A stretch of 45,266 bases of DNA from NCBI GenBank assembly GCA_965365795.1, contig CBDUDB010000002.1:1-45266 (forward strand), in the 5' to 3' direction. This document shows positions 17,345 through 26,801 of the stretch, in pieces (positions within the stretch are counted from its first letter, which is position 1; the number at the start of each line of letters is the position of its first letter). Made by a program: the position numbers and the translations under genes. The notes beneath the pieces were generated by a model, which saw nothing but the letters and a program-made list of their open reading frames with translations, made no database searches and was not told where the DNA came from. Source of the stretch: an uncultured bacterium. GTDB lineage: Bacteria; Krumholzibacteriota; Krumholzibacteriia; LZORAL124-64-63.

Positions 17345-19930
17345 ATGCTGTCCAGGATCTTCCCGTTTATTTCTTGGTCCCAGGGATATGATGCCGGCAA
17401 ATTTCGGGCGGATTTCATCGCCGGGTTGACCGTGGCTCTGGTTCTCATTCCCCAATCTATGGCCTACGCCCAACTCGCAGGCCTTCCTGCCTACTACGGT
17501 CTTTACGCTTCGTTCCTGCCGCCGATGGTGGCGGCCCTCTTCGGCTCAAGCCGGCAACTGGCCACCGGCCCGGTGGCCATTGTTTCCCTCATGACCGCCG
17601 CCACCCTGGAGCCCCTGGCAACCGCCGGCAGCGAAGCGTTCATCTCCTACGCCATATTCCTGGCCTTGCTGGTCGGCCTGTTCCAGCTTTCGCTCGGTGT
17701 GCTGCGCCTCGGCGTGGTCATCAACTTCCTGTCCCATCCAGTCGTGATCGGCTTCACAAACGCTGCCGCCATCATCATCGCCACCAGCCAGCTTTCGAAG
17801 ATGTTCGGCGTTTCCGTGGACAAGGCCGAACACAACTACCAAACCGTTTGGCGAGTGCTCGTTGCCGCCCACCAGTACACCCACTGGCCCACCTTCCTGC
17901 TGGGCGCGCTGGCCTTCGTCATTATGATCGTCCTGAAAAAGCTCAATCCCAGGATCCCCTGCGTGCTGGCCGCCGTCGTTGTGACAACACTCATTTCCCG
18001 CGTCATCGGGCTGGAGAACAACAAGCAGGCAGCCATCGACCAGGTGGAATCGCCAACGGTGCACGAGTTGATTCAAGTCTACAACCGGGATGTCCAGGCC
18101 ATCGCCCTGGTTTCGGAGGCGCGCGCTTATCTGGAACCGCATGTTGAAAAGATTGCCGATTCCCGGGACGGAGGCACCTGCATGGCCTGCCACACCAAGC
18201 AACAGGTGGACCTGGACATGTTGCGTGACGAAACGCTGGCGTCCACTTCCTTGGACGTAAATCCCATGACGGCTCTGAAACTGCACGCGATGGCCGGACT
18301 CCTGGACAAGGAGATCAGCCAAGTCAAGGAACTGGCGTCGGAATCCCGCATGGAGCTTCGTGCTCTGAATTTCTTTTTGCAAGAAGAAGACGGGACGTCA
18401 CGATTTGTCCCCGCGGAAGGGCCGACCGGTGGACACGGCATCTGGCGTCTGCAGGTCGGCAACCTGCCCCTCGACCTCGAGAATCTGGTCTTCCTCGGGG
18501 GCGGTGCCATTGTTGGAGCCGTTCCGAGGGGCCTGCCGCATCTGAGCGTTCCAGTGTGGAACATGTCGGTATTTAGAAAATTGTTCATGGCCTCAATCAT
18601 CATTTCGATCCTCGGCTTCATGGAGGCCATTTCCATCGCCAAGGCGATCGCTGCCCGAACCGGTCAACGGCTGGATCCCAACCAGGAATTAATCGGTCAG
18701 GGCATAGCCAACATCGTGGGTTCCTTCGGACAGAGCTACGCTGTTTCCGGGTCCTTTTCCCGCTCGGCCGTCAACATTCAGGCCGGAGCGGTCACCGGCT
18801 TCTCCAGCGTTTTCACCAGCGCCATCGTCGTGGTCGTTTTGCTTTTCTTCACGCCCTTGCTGTACTATCTGCCCCAATCCGTGCTGGCCGCCGTGATCAT
18901 GATGGCCGTCATCGGCCTCATCAATTTCAAGAGCGTCATACACGCCTACAAGGTCAAACGCAGCGACGGGGTCATCAGTGTCATTTCCTTTGTCGCCACT
19001 CTGGCCTTCGCACCTCATCTGGACAAAGGTATCCTGTTGGGCGTCGCACTGACGGTGGGAGTTTTCCTCTACGGCAGGATGAAGCCGGCCATCGCCGAAC
19101 TTTCGTTGGCGCGGGACGGGCATTTCCACAACGCCAGGCAACAGCGGCTGACCCAGTGCCGGTACCTGGCCATCATCCGGTTCGACGGTCCCCTGTTCTT
19201 CGCCAACGCAAGCTATCTCGAGGACGAGGTCCTCGACCGACTGCGGTCCTTGCCCGAACTTAAGGCCATCCTGTTCAAGTCCGACGGAATCAGCGAAATC
19301 GATGCCTCCGGCGAGGAAACCCTTTCATTGCTGATCGATCGACTCAGGTCCGGCGGCATCGACGTCTTTTTTTCCGGCCTCAACGAACGGGTGACCGACA
19401 CCCTGCACAGGAGTCATCTGTCGGAAAAGATCGGCAAGGACCACGTCTTCATGACTGTGACCCATGCCGTGGAGTCCATCTGGTCCAGAACGCACGAGGC
19501 TTCGAATGAAGAGGCTTGTCCGTTGATACACGTCGTGCCGACCGGAGAGCCGGCCATCGACTCGAAAATCAGAATCCTGATCGTGGATGACGAACAGGAT
19601 TTCGCCGACCTCTTGGCCTTGCGGCTGGACAAGCGCGGAATGAAAACCGATGTCGCCTATTCGGGCGATGAGGCTATGGAACATGTCCAGTCCGTGGCAT
19701 ACGACGCTGTTATTCTCGACATCAGGCTGGGTCGGGATGACGGTCTGGACTTCCTGCTCAAGTTTCGGGATCTGCGCCCCAACCTTGCCGTTATCATGCT
19801 GACCGGGGTGGGCTCCATTGAGTCCGCCGTCGAGGCCGTCAAACATGGGGCGTTTGATTTCATGTTGAAACCATGCAACATTGACGACTTGGAGGGTAAA
19901 ATCCGGGAAGCCTACAGGCTTGGGGTCTAG
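17345..19930 (+). CDS. SulP/SLC26-family anion transporter fused to STAS and a C-terminal receiver (REC) domain, with a ~165-aa insert after TM7
   Basis: SulP N-terminus (FIAGLTVALVLIPQSMAYAQLAGLPAYYGLYASF...GSSRQLATGP), core motif ELIGQGIANIVGSFGQSYAVSGSFSRSAVN, and STAS (YLAIIRFDGPLFFANASYLED...IDASGEETL). REC: RILIVDDEQDF, AVILDIRLGRDDG, VIMLTGVG, AFDFMLKP. Insert at aa ~222-385 contains C279-M-A-C-H283. Confidence 0.9.
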   Translation: MLSRIFPFISWSQGYDAGKFRADFIAGLTVALVLIPQSMAYAQLAGLPAYYGLYASFLPPMVAALFGSSRQLATGPVAIVSLMTAATLEPLATAGSEAFISYAIFLALLVGLFQLSLGVLRLGVVINFLSHPVVIGFTNAAAIIIATSQLSKMFGVSVDKAEHNYQTVWRVLVAAHQYTHWPTFLLGALAFVIMIVLKKLNPRIPCVLAAVVVTTLISRVIGLENNKQAAIDQVESPTVHELIQVYNRDVQAIALVSEARAYLEPHVEKIADSRDGGTCMACHTKQQVDLDMLRDETLASTSLDVNPMTALKLHAMAGLLDKEISQVKELASESRMELRALNFFLQEEDGTSRFVPAEGPTGGHGIWRLQVGNLPLDLENLVFLGGGAIVGAVPRGLPHLSVPVWNMSVFRKLFMASIIISILGFMEAISIAKAIAARTGQRLDPNQELIGQGIANIVGSFGQSYAVSGSFSRSAVNIQAGAVTGFSSVFTSAIVVVVLLFFTPLLYYLPQSVLAAVIMMAVIGLINFKSVIHAYKVKRSDGVISVISFVATLAFAPHLDKGILLGVALTVGVFLYGRMKPAIAELSLARDGHFHNARQQRLTQCRYLAIIRFDGPLFFANASYLEDEVLDRLRSLPELKAILFKSDGISEIDASGEETLSLLIDRLRSGGIDVFFSGLNERVTDTLHRSHLSEKIGKDHVFMTVTHAVESIWSRTHEASNEEACPLIHVVPTGEPAIDSKIRILIVDDEQDFADLLALRLDKRGMKTDVAYSGDEAMEHVQSVAYDAVILDIRLGRDDGLDFLLKFRDLRPNLAVIMLTGVGSIESAVEAVKHGAFDFMLKPCNIDDLEGKIREAYRLGV

Positions 19931-19947
19931 ATTGCCCGGAATCCGGG

Positions 19948-19966
19948 ACAGGGCGTGCCTGTTTTT
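19948..19966 (+). terminator. Weak hairpin plus T-run after the SulP gene
   Basis: ACAGG-GCGTG-CCTGT followed by TTTT, preceded by a second small hairpin CCCGG-AAT-CCGGG. The stem is only 5 bp, so read-through into the M16 gene is likely. Confidence 0.3.
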
Positions 19967-19991
19967 ATAATCAACCCTGGAAAGAGACACC

Positions 19992-22697
19992 ATGTCCGCT
20001 CATTTTTCCCCGGACGGTCGGCTGACCGCCAGTGACCTGGCGCCCGGCCTGCATACCGCGAAACTGACCAACGGCTTGAAAATCATCATCAAGGAAGATC
20101 ACCGCACCCCGGTGGCCGTGTGTAACGTGTGGGTCCGGGTCGGCTCGAACCGGGAACCGAACGTCCTGCGCGGCTGGTCCCACGGCATCGAGCACATGCT
20201 CTTCAAGGGCACCCGTGGCCGCAACGAGGGCGACTTTGCCAACGAGGTGGCCGAGGCCGGAGGATCGACCAACGCAGGCACCGGATACGAGACCACCAAT
20301 TTCCACATCACCACCCCGGTGCCCGCGCTTCCGGTGGCGGTCGACATCCTGTCTGACGCCCTCTTCCATTCGACCTTCGCCCCGACTTCCCTGGACGCCG
20401 AACGTCAGGTGCTGGTCCACGAAAACCACATGTACGACGACATCCCCTTCGGCTTCGGCATCACCTGGCGCTGGGGCATGGAATTGACCTTCGACCACAG
20501 TCCCTACCACCATCCCATCGGCGGTAGAGACGCCAATCTTCTGGAGTGCGACCGGGCCGATATCATGGCTTTCTGGAGATCCGCCTACCGACCCGACAAC
20601 ATGACCGTCGTCGTGGTGGGCGACGTGGATCCGGCGGCCACCTTCGGGTTGCTGCAGGACAGGTTTGCCGATCCCGGGGTCCATTTTCCCGAAACCACCG
20701 ATCCGGCTGTCGGAATAGTTGAGGCTCCCCCGGTCGAGCCGGTCCACCGGGAACCCCGGCTCAGAGTCGAACGCGGGGACATCACCAAGGTTTACGCCAA
20801 ACTGATCTTTCCGGCCCCGGGCGATTGCGATGGCCAGGAACATATCATGAGCGTGGTACACCGGGTGCTTTCCGACGGCCGCAGCTGCCGTCTCTATCGC
20901 CAGCTCCACGAAGAAAAGAAACTGGTCGACAATTTCACGGTTATGACCGAGACCGGCCCCCGTGAAGGGGTGGTCATGGTGGACATCGAAACCGATGCCG
21001 AGCGCTTGGCCAGTGCTCTGGTGGAGGTCGCCCGCATCCTGGAAGACCTGAACCGGGACTCATGCACGGACCTGGAACTGGGGCGGGCCAAAACGAGGGT
21101 GGGCCGTTCTTTTCTGTTCGGCGCCGAGACGGTCCAGGGTCAGGCCTCGACCCTCGGGCAGCATGAAGTCATGGACGACCTCGAAGGCGCTTTCCAATTC
21201 CCGGACCGCGTGGCCTCGGTCACCCGGGACGATGTGGCTCAGCTTTGCCGCCGAATTTTCCGGGTGGGCAACATCAACGGCATGATTTACTTGCCGGAAG
21301 ACACCGACACCGCCGCCCATGGGATTCCCACCGAGGTCGGTTCCTTCAAATCCCTTCTGAACAGAGTATTGAGAGATCCTTCCGGTGATGAATTATCGGA
21401 CCTGGCCGCGGCCGGCGACTGGCCAATCGCCCCTAAAACCCGATCCGGTTCCCAGGACCTGACAGCCCAACCCTTCCGGACCGAAACCTTGACCGGAGGA
21501 ATCGAAGTCAGTTACAGGGTGGATCCGTCCGTTCCGGTATTGGCCCTGGCCCTGACCCTCAAGGGAGGTGCCACGGGCGAAACCGCGGCCAAGGCCGGTC
21601 TGGCGACTTTGACCCAGATGGTGCAGATAAAGGGCACCGGCCAGCTGGACGCCGAAACCCTTCATGAATTGCTGGAGGGCGAGGGCGCCGCCCTGTCACC
21701 CTTGACCGACAGGGACTATAGCGGGATGGTGTTGACCGGCCTTTCGGACCGGATGGACCAGGCCCTGGATCTGACCTCCCAGCTTGTTCACGCGCCGTCT
21801 TTCCTCGAATCGGAAATCGCCCAGGAACGCCGGCTGGGCCTGGAACAGCTGGCCGCCATCGCCGATTCCCCCTTCCAGTCCGCCGCGGTCAAGTTGCGCC
21901 AGATGGTCTACGGCGACCATCCCTACGGTCGCCCGCTTCCCGGTACCGAGGACAGCCTGCCGGGCCTGAGCCGGGATGACCTGGTGAACCGGCACCGCAG
22001 TATGTGGACCGCGGACAACCTCCAGATCGTCGTCTCGGGAAACCTGGAACCGGACCGGTTCCTCGCCCGACTCGATTCCCTCTTGTCCGGACTGCCCGCC
22101 GGGGACGGCCCCCAGGTTCTTTCACCGGGCCCCACCCGGATTCCCGACGGAATCGTGTCGGCCAGGATCGACAAGAAACAGAATCAAAGCGTGGTCCTGG
22201 TAGCCTGGCCGGGTCCGTTCACCCCCGAGGAAAACCGTGTTCCCTTGATGATGCTGAAAGAGGTTCTCAACGGACAAAGCGGTCGGCTCTTCGATAGCCT
22301 GCGCAACAAGCGGTCCCTGTGTTACAACACGGGAACCTTGAGCACCGCCGGTTTCGGACAGGGGATGTTCATGGGATACGTTCTGACTTCACCGGAAACG
22401 GAAACCGAAGCTCGGGAAGCCTTGGTGGCCGAACTGGCGGGCCTGGCCGAAACGGCCCTACCCGAGGTGGAATTCGAAAGGGCCCGCGCCAAGCTTTTGG
22501 GAAACCTGCTCATCGGGGCCCAGTCCAACGGCTCCCGGGCGGGTCGAACTCTTCGCGATCGCGTCTACGGCCGGGACCCCAATGACCTTGATCATCTTCT
22601 CGAAAAAGTCCGCGCCTGTTCCTCGGACCAGGTTCGCCGGGTTGCCGCCGCTACCATCGACCCGAACAGCAGGTTCGAGGTGACCCTTGGTCCCTGA
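19992..22697 (+). CDS. M16-family (pitrilysin/insulinase-like) zinc metallopeptidase, fused tandem M16 units
   Basis: Inverted zinc motif GWSHGIEHMLFKGT (HxxEH) with downstream ...GGSTNAGTGYETT. The second half repeats the fold (…LKEVLNGQSGRLFDSLRNKRSLCYN…) without HxxEH. Confidence 0.87.
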   Translation: MSAHFSPDGRLTASDLAPGLHTAKLTNGLKIIIKEDHRTPVAVCNVWVRVGSNREPNVLRGWSHGIEHMLFKGTRGRNEGDFANEVAEAGGSTNAGTGYETTNFHITTPVPALPVAVDILSDALFHSTFAPTSLDAERQVLVHENHMYDDIPFGFGITWRWGMELTFDHSPYHHPIGGRDANLLECDRADIMAFWRSAYRPDNMTVVVVGDVDPAATFGLLQDRFADPGVHFPETTDPAVGIVEAPPVEPVHREPRLRVERGDITKVYAKLIFPAPGDCDGQEHIMSVVHRVLSDGRSCRLYRQLHEEKKLVDNFTVMTETGPREGVVMVDIETDAERLASALVEVARILEDLNRDSCTDLELGRAKTRVGRSFLFGAETVQGQASTLGQHEVMDDLEGAFQFPDRVASVTRDDVAQLCRRIFRVGNINGMIYLPEDTDTAAHGIPTEVGSFKSLLNRVLRDPSGDELSDLAAAGDWPIAPKTRSGSQDLTAQPFRTETLTGGIEVSYRVDPSVPVLALALTLKGGATGETAAKAGLATLTQMVQIKGTGQLDAETLHELLEGEGAALSPLTDRDYSGMVLTGLSDRMDQALDLTSQLVHAPSFLESEIAQERRLGLEQLAAIADSPFQSAAVKLRQMVYGDHPYGRPLPGTEDSLPGLSRDDLVNRHRSMWTADNLQIVVSGNLEPDRFLARLDSLLSGLPAGDGPQVLSPGPTRIPDGIVSARIDKKQNQSVVLVAWPGPFTPEENRVPLMMLKEVLNGQSGRLFDSLRNKRSLCYNTGTLSTAGFGQGMFMGYVLTSPETETEAREALVAELAGLAETALPEVEFERARAKLLGNLLIGAQSNGSRAGRTLRDRVYGRDPNDLDHLLEKVRACSSDQVRRVAAATIDPNSRFEVTLGP

Positions 22698-22733
22698 CCG
22701 GTTGATCCGGGTCACCGACTGATCTTTCTGTCT

Positions 22734-22767
22734 CAAAAAACCGGCCTCCCCCTATCAGGGGAGGCCG
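22734..22767 (-). terminator. Intrinsic terminator between convergent M16 and cupin genes (canonical on the minus strand, may act bidirectionally)
   Basis: An 11-bp GC stem CCGGCCTCCCC-(6 nt)-GGGGAGGCCGG. On the minus strand it is followed by TTTTTTGAGAC, on the plus strand by AAAATTTAAT. Confidence 0.65.
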
Positions 22768-22792
22768 GAAAATTTAATGACGACGGACAGGC

Positions 22793-23152
22793 TCAGTTGC
22801 CGACCTTGTAACGATCCGGAGTGTCGGACATGTCCACCAGTACGGTTCGCTTGCTGAAGTTGGCCCGGTGATTGGCTCCCTCGGGAACCTGATACTGATC
22901 TCCTGCCTGGTAGAGTTCCGTCTGGCCTTCGACTTCCAGGACCATTTCGCCGGAAACCACGATGCCCCTCTGCTCACTGTGGGCATGGTCCGGGAAACTG
23001 ACGCCCTCCTCGAAAATGAAGAAGACGAGCTGCCTTTCGTCGTTGCTCAGGCAATATCCGGTGACACCGGCGACGGGGATTTCAACTTTGGGCAAGGAAA
23101 GAATCTGGGGAGGAAGAGAATCTTGGGTGGTCTGGGAACTGGCTGCTTCCAT
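22793..23152 (-). CDS. Cupin-domain protein
   Basis: 119 aa with cupin motifs (…FPDHAHSEQRGIVVSGEMVLEVEG…YQVPEGANHRANF). RBS AAGGAGGG. Confidence 0.7.
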   Translation of the reverse strand: MEAASSQTTQDSLPPQILSLPKVEIPVAGVTGYCLSNDERQLVFFIFEEGVSFPDHAHSEQRGIVVSGEMVLEVEGQTELYQAGDQYQVPEGANHRANFSKRTVLVDMSDTPDRYKVGN

Positions 23153-23227
23153 ATGTGGAGCCCTCCTTGATTTGATGCTCGCGCACTCCGGTTTCGGATC
23201 GAACCGCCCGAAACCCGGAATAATGAC

Positions 23228-23255
23228 ATTTTAGCACAACGGCCACAATTGGCAA
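23228..23255 (-). promoter_or_regulatory. Candidate sigma70-type promoter for the cupin gene
   Basis: The minus strand reads TTGCCA - 16 nt - TAAAAT, about 75 nt upstream of ATG 23152. Confidence 0.4.
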
Positions 23256-23301
23256 GACTTGCGCGGTAAAACCTCAGGTTGGCCGGTCGGCCGGCCACCG
23301 G

Positions 23302-23793
23302 TCAGTCCGGAACATAGTCCGATCCCCTCATGGGAAGGGCCGGACCGCCGGCCACCACTTCGGCCTCCGCCACCCGGCCCACGAAACAATCGTGGTCGCC
23401 GGTTGTGAAACGGCTTTCCACCTCACACAGGAATCGCGAAGTGCAATGCTGCAGAGCCGGGACACCATCTCCCAGCAGGACGTGTGCCGTCTCAGCCCAC
23501 TTATCGACCTCGCGCCTGGATTTCAACCCGAAAAGACGCGCCTCAGCCACCTGCCCCTCGGCCAAAACGGAGACGGTGAACTGCCGGGCGTCTTCCAGGA
23601 GTCCCCAGGTGAAGCGTTCATGCCCCACGGCCACCAGCAGCAGCGGAGGTTCACTGGATACCCGGGTAAGCCAGGCGGCTGTAAGGCCGCCCAGGGTGCC
23701 GTCCTTGGCCGCGCCGATGACCGCCACCGGGGCGGGTATCAAACGCAGGGCTTCATCGACTTGGGTTTCATAAGGGGGACCCGGGCGCTGCAT
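23302..23793 (-). CDS. Flavin reductase-like (FMN-binding split-barrel) protein
   Basis: …PAPVAVIGAAKDGTLGGLTAAWLTRVSSEPPLLLVAVGHERFTWGLL…FTVSVLAEGQ… is typical of the flavin reductase domain. Confidence 0.8.
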   Translation of the reverse strand: MQRPGPPYETQVDEALRLIPAPVAVIGAAKDGTLGGLTAAWLTRVSSEPPLLLVAVGHERFTWGLLEDARQFTVSVLAEGQVAEARLFGLKSRREVDKWAETAHVLLGDGVPALQHCTSRFLCEVESRFTTGDHDCFVGRVAEAEVVAGGPALPMRGSDYVPD

Positions 23794-23796
23794 GGA

Positions 23797-24669
23797 TCAG
23801 CTGGCCAGGGCGAATTCGGCCAGGACAGGGTAGTGGTCCGAAGGAAGGGCATTTTCCCGATGTTCCAGATGGGAATAGTCGATCCTGCTGACCGAACAAA
23901 CCGTCAGACGGGGTCTGAAAAAGACATAATCGATGCGCCGGGGGCCCAGCAGCCGGTGGCCGACCCGGTCCCTGAGCCCAAGCCCACGGAAGGTGGCGCC
24001 GTCCTGGCAGTTGCCGTCGCAACCCTCGGCCCAGGCATCGAACATGGGTTCCAGGTTTCCGAACTCGTCACCCATGGCCTTGATCTCGGCCGATTGGGCG
24101 CAGGCGTTGAAGTCACCGGTCAAAAAAACCGGAATGTCCGGGCCCAGCACAGCAACCTTGTCGCTGATGTATTCCCGAAACTGGCGGGCGCTCTTTTTGC
24201 GGTGCCAGCTGTTGAGGGCTTCCAGGTGGGTGGTTCCGAACACGAACCGTTTTCCCGTGCCGATCATTTCGAAGGTATTCCAGGTCACCAGGCGCGGCCG
24301 GGTCCCCAAGGCATACTGGGACGCGGGCACCTGGGGGGTCGGGGAAAGCCAGTGGGTGTCGCTTTCGATGGCGGTGTCCACGGGCCGGACCCGGTCCCGA
24401 CGGTAGAAGGTCGCGCAGTACCAGTTCCTGTCGCTGTGCGCCATGTGGCGGCCCAGGTTACCCTCTCCCACGAATTCATAGTCAGGCATAAGTTCGGCCA
24501 GTTCCAGCAACTGCTGGTAATTGGCCTCCTGGGTGCCGACCACATCGGGCCGAAGCTCGGCAAAGATCCGGGCGATGTTCCGCTTGCGCAGACGCCAGGG
24601 ATGACTCCGCCGTTTCTTGGTGGAGGTCAGAAGATTAAATGTCATGACCCGGAGATTTTGCTCTGACAC
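23797..24669 (-). CDS. Endonuclease/exonuclease/phosphatase (EEP) family protein
   Basis: LRVMTFNLL..., GTQEA, FLTGDFN, and C-terminal SDHYPVLAEF (catalytic Asp-His). GTG start at 24669. Confidence 0.8.
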   Translation of the reverse strand: MSEQNLRVMTFNLLTSTKKRRSHPWRLRKRNIARIFAELRPDVVGTQEANYQQLLELAELMPDYEFVGEGNLGRHMAHSDRNWYCATFYRRDRVRPVDTAIESDTHWLSPTPQVPASQYALGTRPRLVTWNTFEMIGTGKRFVFGTTHLEALNSWHRKKSARQFREYISDKVAVLGPDIPVFLTGDFNACAQSAEIKAMGDEFGNLEPMFDAWAEGCDGNCQDGATFRGLGLRDRVGHRLLGPRRIDYVFFRPRLTVCSVSRIDYSHLEHRENALPSDHYPVLAEFALAS

Positions 24670-24833
24670 GCTGGTGCACTTCCAATTCTATAAAATCCGC
24701 CGGTCGTGGTAGGGCACGAGGGCGGCCTGGTTCCATCTTCGTTCATCGATCCAGGATAAATCCGTGATTCGTATCAAACGTAAATCTACGGAAAATGTTC
24801 CTGGGTGTTTTATCGGCCGCCAGGACCGGGTTT

Positions 24834-25388
24834 TTACCCAAAAAGGTCCAACTGGGGCGGTTCCCCCGGCAATTCGAGGGATTCCAGAACCAAACGGGTC
24901 CAACCCTCGCGAGAAGAGCCGGGCAGCTCCAGGCGCGGCAAATCGAATTCATCGAGAAGGTCATCGATCAAGGCGTCGATGTCGGCCTGGAAATCCACCG
25001 AAGTGTCTCGCGTCCCGTCAAAAGTGGGCGGGGCGATGACCGGGACCTTCACTAACCGAGTGTACGTCCCCATCCAGTGGCGGATAAAGGGTTCGATCTC
25101 GGGCCGGCGGCCGGTGGCGTGAACCATGTAGGCGTAATTGTCGATGACCGCCCGGTCACAAACCGTGACTTCGAAAGCGTTGGTCAATTCGATTTCGCGC
25201 GCCACCTGGGTGTGCAGAATCCAGTTCTGCGCATCATCGGTGGTTTCCCGGTTGATGGGCAGGGGACAGCCCCTGGCCACCTCCTTGACCAGATCCACGC
25301 TCAGGTCCAACCGTTTCAAGGCAGCGGCGAGTTCGAAACAAAGGGTCGTTTTGCCGACGCCGTGGGTGCCGATGAACGCGATCTTCAT
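24834..25388 (-). CDS. Small P-loop NTPase (AAA_28/NadR-kinase-like)
   Basis: Walker A IAFIGTHGVGKTTL and Walker B-like VTVCDRAVIDN. The start is uncertain: ATG 25388 is chosen, with ATG 25409 or TTG 25424 as alternatives. None has a clear RBS. Confidence 0.65.
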   Translation of the reverse strand: MKIAFIGTHGVGKTTLCFELAAALKRLDLSVDLVKEVARGCPLPINRETTDDAQNWILHTQVAREIELTNAFEVTVCDRAVIDNYAYMVHATGRRPEIEPFIRHWMGTYTRLVKVPVIAPPTFDGTRDTSVDFQADIDALIDDLLDEFDLPRLELPGSSREGWTRLVLESLELPGEPPQLDLFG

Positions 25389-25753
25389 GGGGCCAAAATA
25401 GGTTTTCATCGGCAAAAAGTCCAATTTGCCGAATGGGAAATTCCGACCGGTAAATCAGGTAAGTATTGATCCGAAACCACCTTCGGGTTACCCTCAAAGG
25501 TCGAACCCCTTGACAGTCAGTCAGATCGAGAGGCTTAGAGTCTTGATTTTCTCCCTGCGTACAGGGTTTTTTCTCGTTTTTTGCCTCCTTTTCGGGGCCG
25601 CCGGTCCCGCCGCGGGTCTCTCCCTGCACCACCATCTGGACGCCGATACCGGTCGTCTGGCTAGCGGCGACGGCCAGCTGGGCCGGCCGGGCCATCATGT
25701 CCAAGGACCGATTCGGTGATCCCGATTACGAGGGAAAATGATCCCCCTTTTCA

Positions 25754-26356
25754 TCAGAAGCTGTTCCGGAACGTCACTTCATCCAGAGGCAGCTGTCCCC
25801 CTCGCTCCCGGGCGGGTTCGAGTGCCTTGCCCACCGAAACGGCCATGACAATATCGTGTTCGGCCGGAAGGTTAATGATTTCCCCGACGGTCGCGAAATC
25901 GAATCCCACCATGGGGCAGGTGTCGTAACCCATGTCTTTGGCCGCCAGCATGAGGGTCTGGGCCGCCAGACCGCCCGACCGCAGATTTTCGTCCCGGCGC
26001 AGGGTTTCGCTGGATCCGTAGGCGCCGGTGATCATGGGCACGATGGTCGCACGAACTTCCTCCGGTGAATTCGCCCAGTAGCGTTCGGTATCCTTTTTGT
26101 AGGCATCACGATCGCCGCAGATGATCACCACCAGGGATGCATCGGTGAACTGGGCCTGGTCAAAACCATTTTCCCGGACCCGCTTTTTCACTTCCGGATC
26201 CGTGATCAGGACAAAACGCCAGTTCTGGATATTGAAGGAGGTGGGCGTCAGGATGACGGTCTCCATGAGACGGGTGATCTCGTCTTCGGTCATCACGTGG
26301 TTGGGATCGTATTTCTTGACGGACCGGCGCGCGGCAATGGCGGCAAAGGTATCCAT
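25754..26356 (-). CDS. Nitroreductase-family (FMN) oxidoreductase
   Basis: AIAARRSVKKY..., PTSFNIQNWRFVLI and a C-terminal dimer-swap region. 200 aa. Confidence 0.85.
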   Translation of the reverse strand: MDTFAAIAARRSVKKYDPNHVMTEDEITRLMETVILTPTSFNIQNWRFVLITDPEVKKRVRENGFDQAQFTDASLVVIICGDRDAYKKDTERYWANSPEEVRATIVPMITGAYGSSETLRRDENLRSGGLAAQTLMLAAKDMGYDTCPMVGFDFATVGEIINLPAEHDIVMAVSVGKALEPARERGGQLPLDEVTFRNSF

Positions 26357-26369
26357 GATTCCTCCGGGT

Positions 26370-26801
26370 TCAGTTGGTTTGTGTCATGGGAAAAAATTTC
26401 ATTCCGGCAAGGTCGGCATGATCCGGGCGTTCCGCAAGGTCACCGTTGAGGCCGTATTGGAAAACCAGGAAACCCGCCAGGTACATCAGGACATCCACCG
26501 GATCGGCCACGGCGCCGGAACCAATTACCGGCAGGATTCCTTCGAAGAAAACGGTGAATACTCCCAGGGCCAACAGGCCGTGGGAAAGAGGCAGGGCGGC
26601 CCGCCGGCCGCTCCAGCGGTGAATCGCCACCGCGAGGGTGAGCACCAAAGGCAGGCAAAGGAAATCATCTCCGTAATTTCGAGCCCAACCGGGCGCTGAG
26701 CCCAACGATTCACCCAGGCGGATCAGGAAAAACCCCGCCGTCAGCACGCCCAACAGGCCGTGGTTTCGAGGCAACGCGAGGCGCACCGCCATCAGTGTCA
26801 T
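26370..26801 (-). CDS. Small hydrophobic membrane protein, family not recognised
   Basis: 3-4 hydrophobic segments (LLGVLTAGFFLI, FLCLPLVLTLAVAI, LLALGVFTVFFEGILPVI, VLMYLAGFLVF). The listed ORF extends to TTG 26879, but that N-terminal stretch has poor third-position GC. The start is uncertain. Confidence 0.45.
   Translation of the reverse strand: MTLMAVRLALPRNHGLLGVLTAGFFLIRLGESLGSAPGWARNYGDDFLCLPLVLTLAVAIHRWSGRRAALPLSHGLLALGVFTVFFEGILPVIGSGAVADPVDVLMYLAGFLVFQYGLNGDLAERPDHADLAGMKFFPMTQTN

Noticed and set aside
23392-24666. 424-aa plus-strand ORF across the flavin reductase and EEP genes
   Set aside because: Antisense to two recognisable genes. The composition is Gly/Pro/Arg-rich without domains, so it is a shadow ORF.
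25234-25704. 156-aa minus-strand ORF spanning the spacer and the 5' part of the ATPase gene
   Set aside because: It is out of frame with the Walker A-containing ATPase reading frame. The translation is Arg/Gly/Gln-rich and has no motifs.
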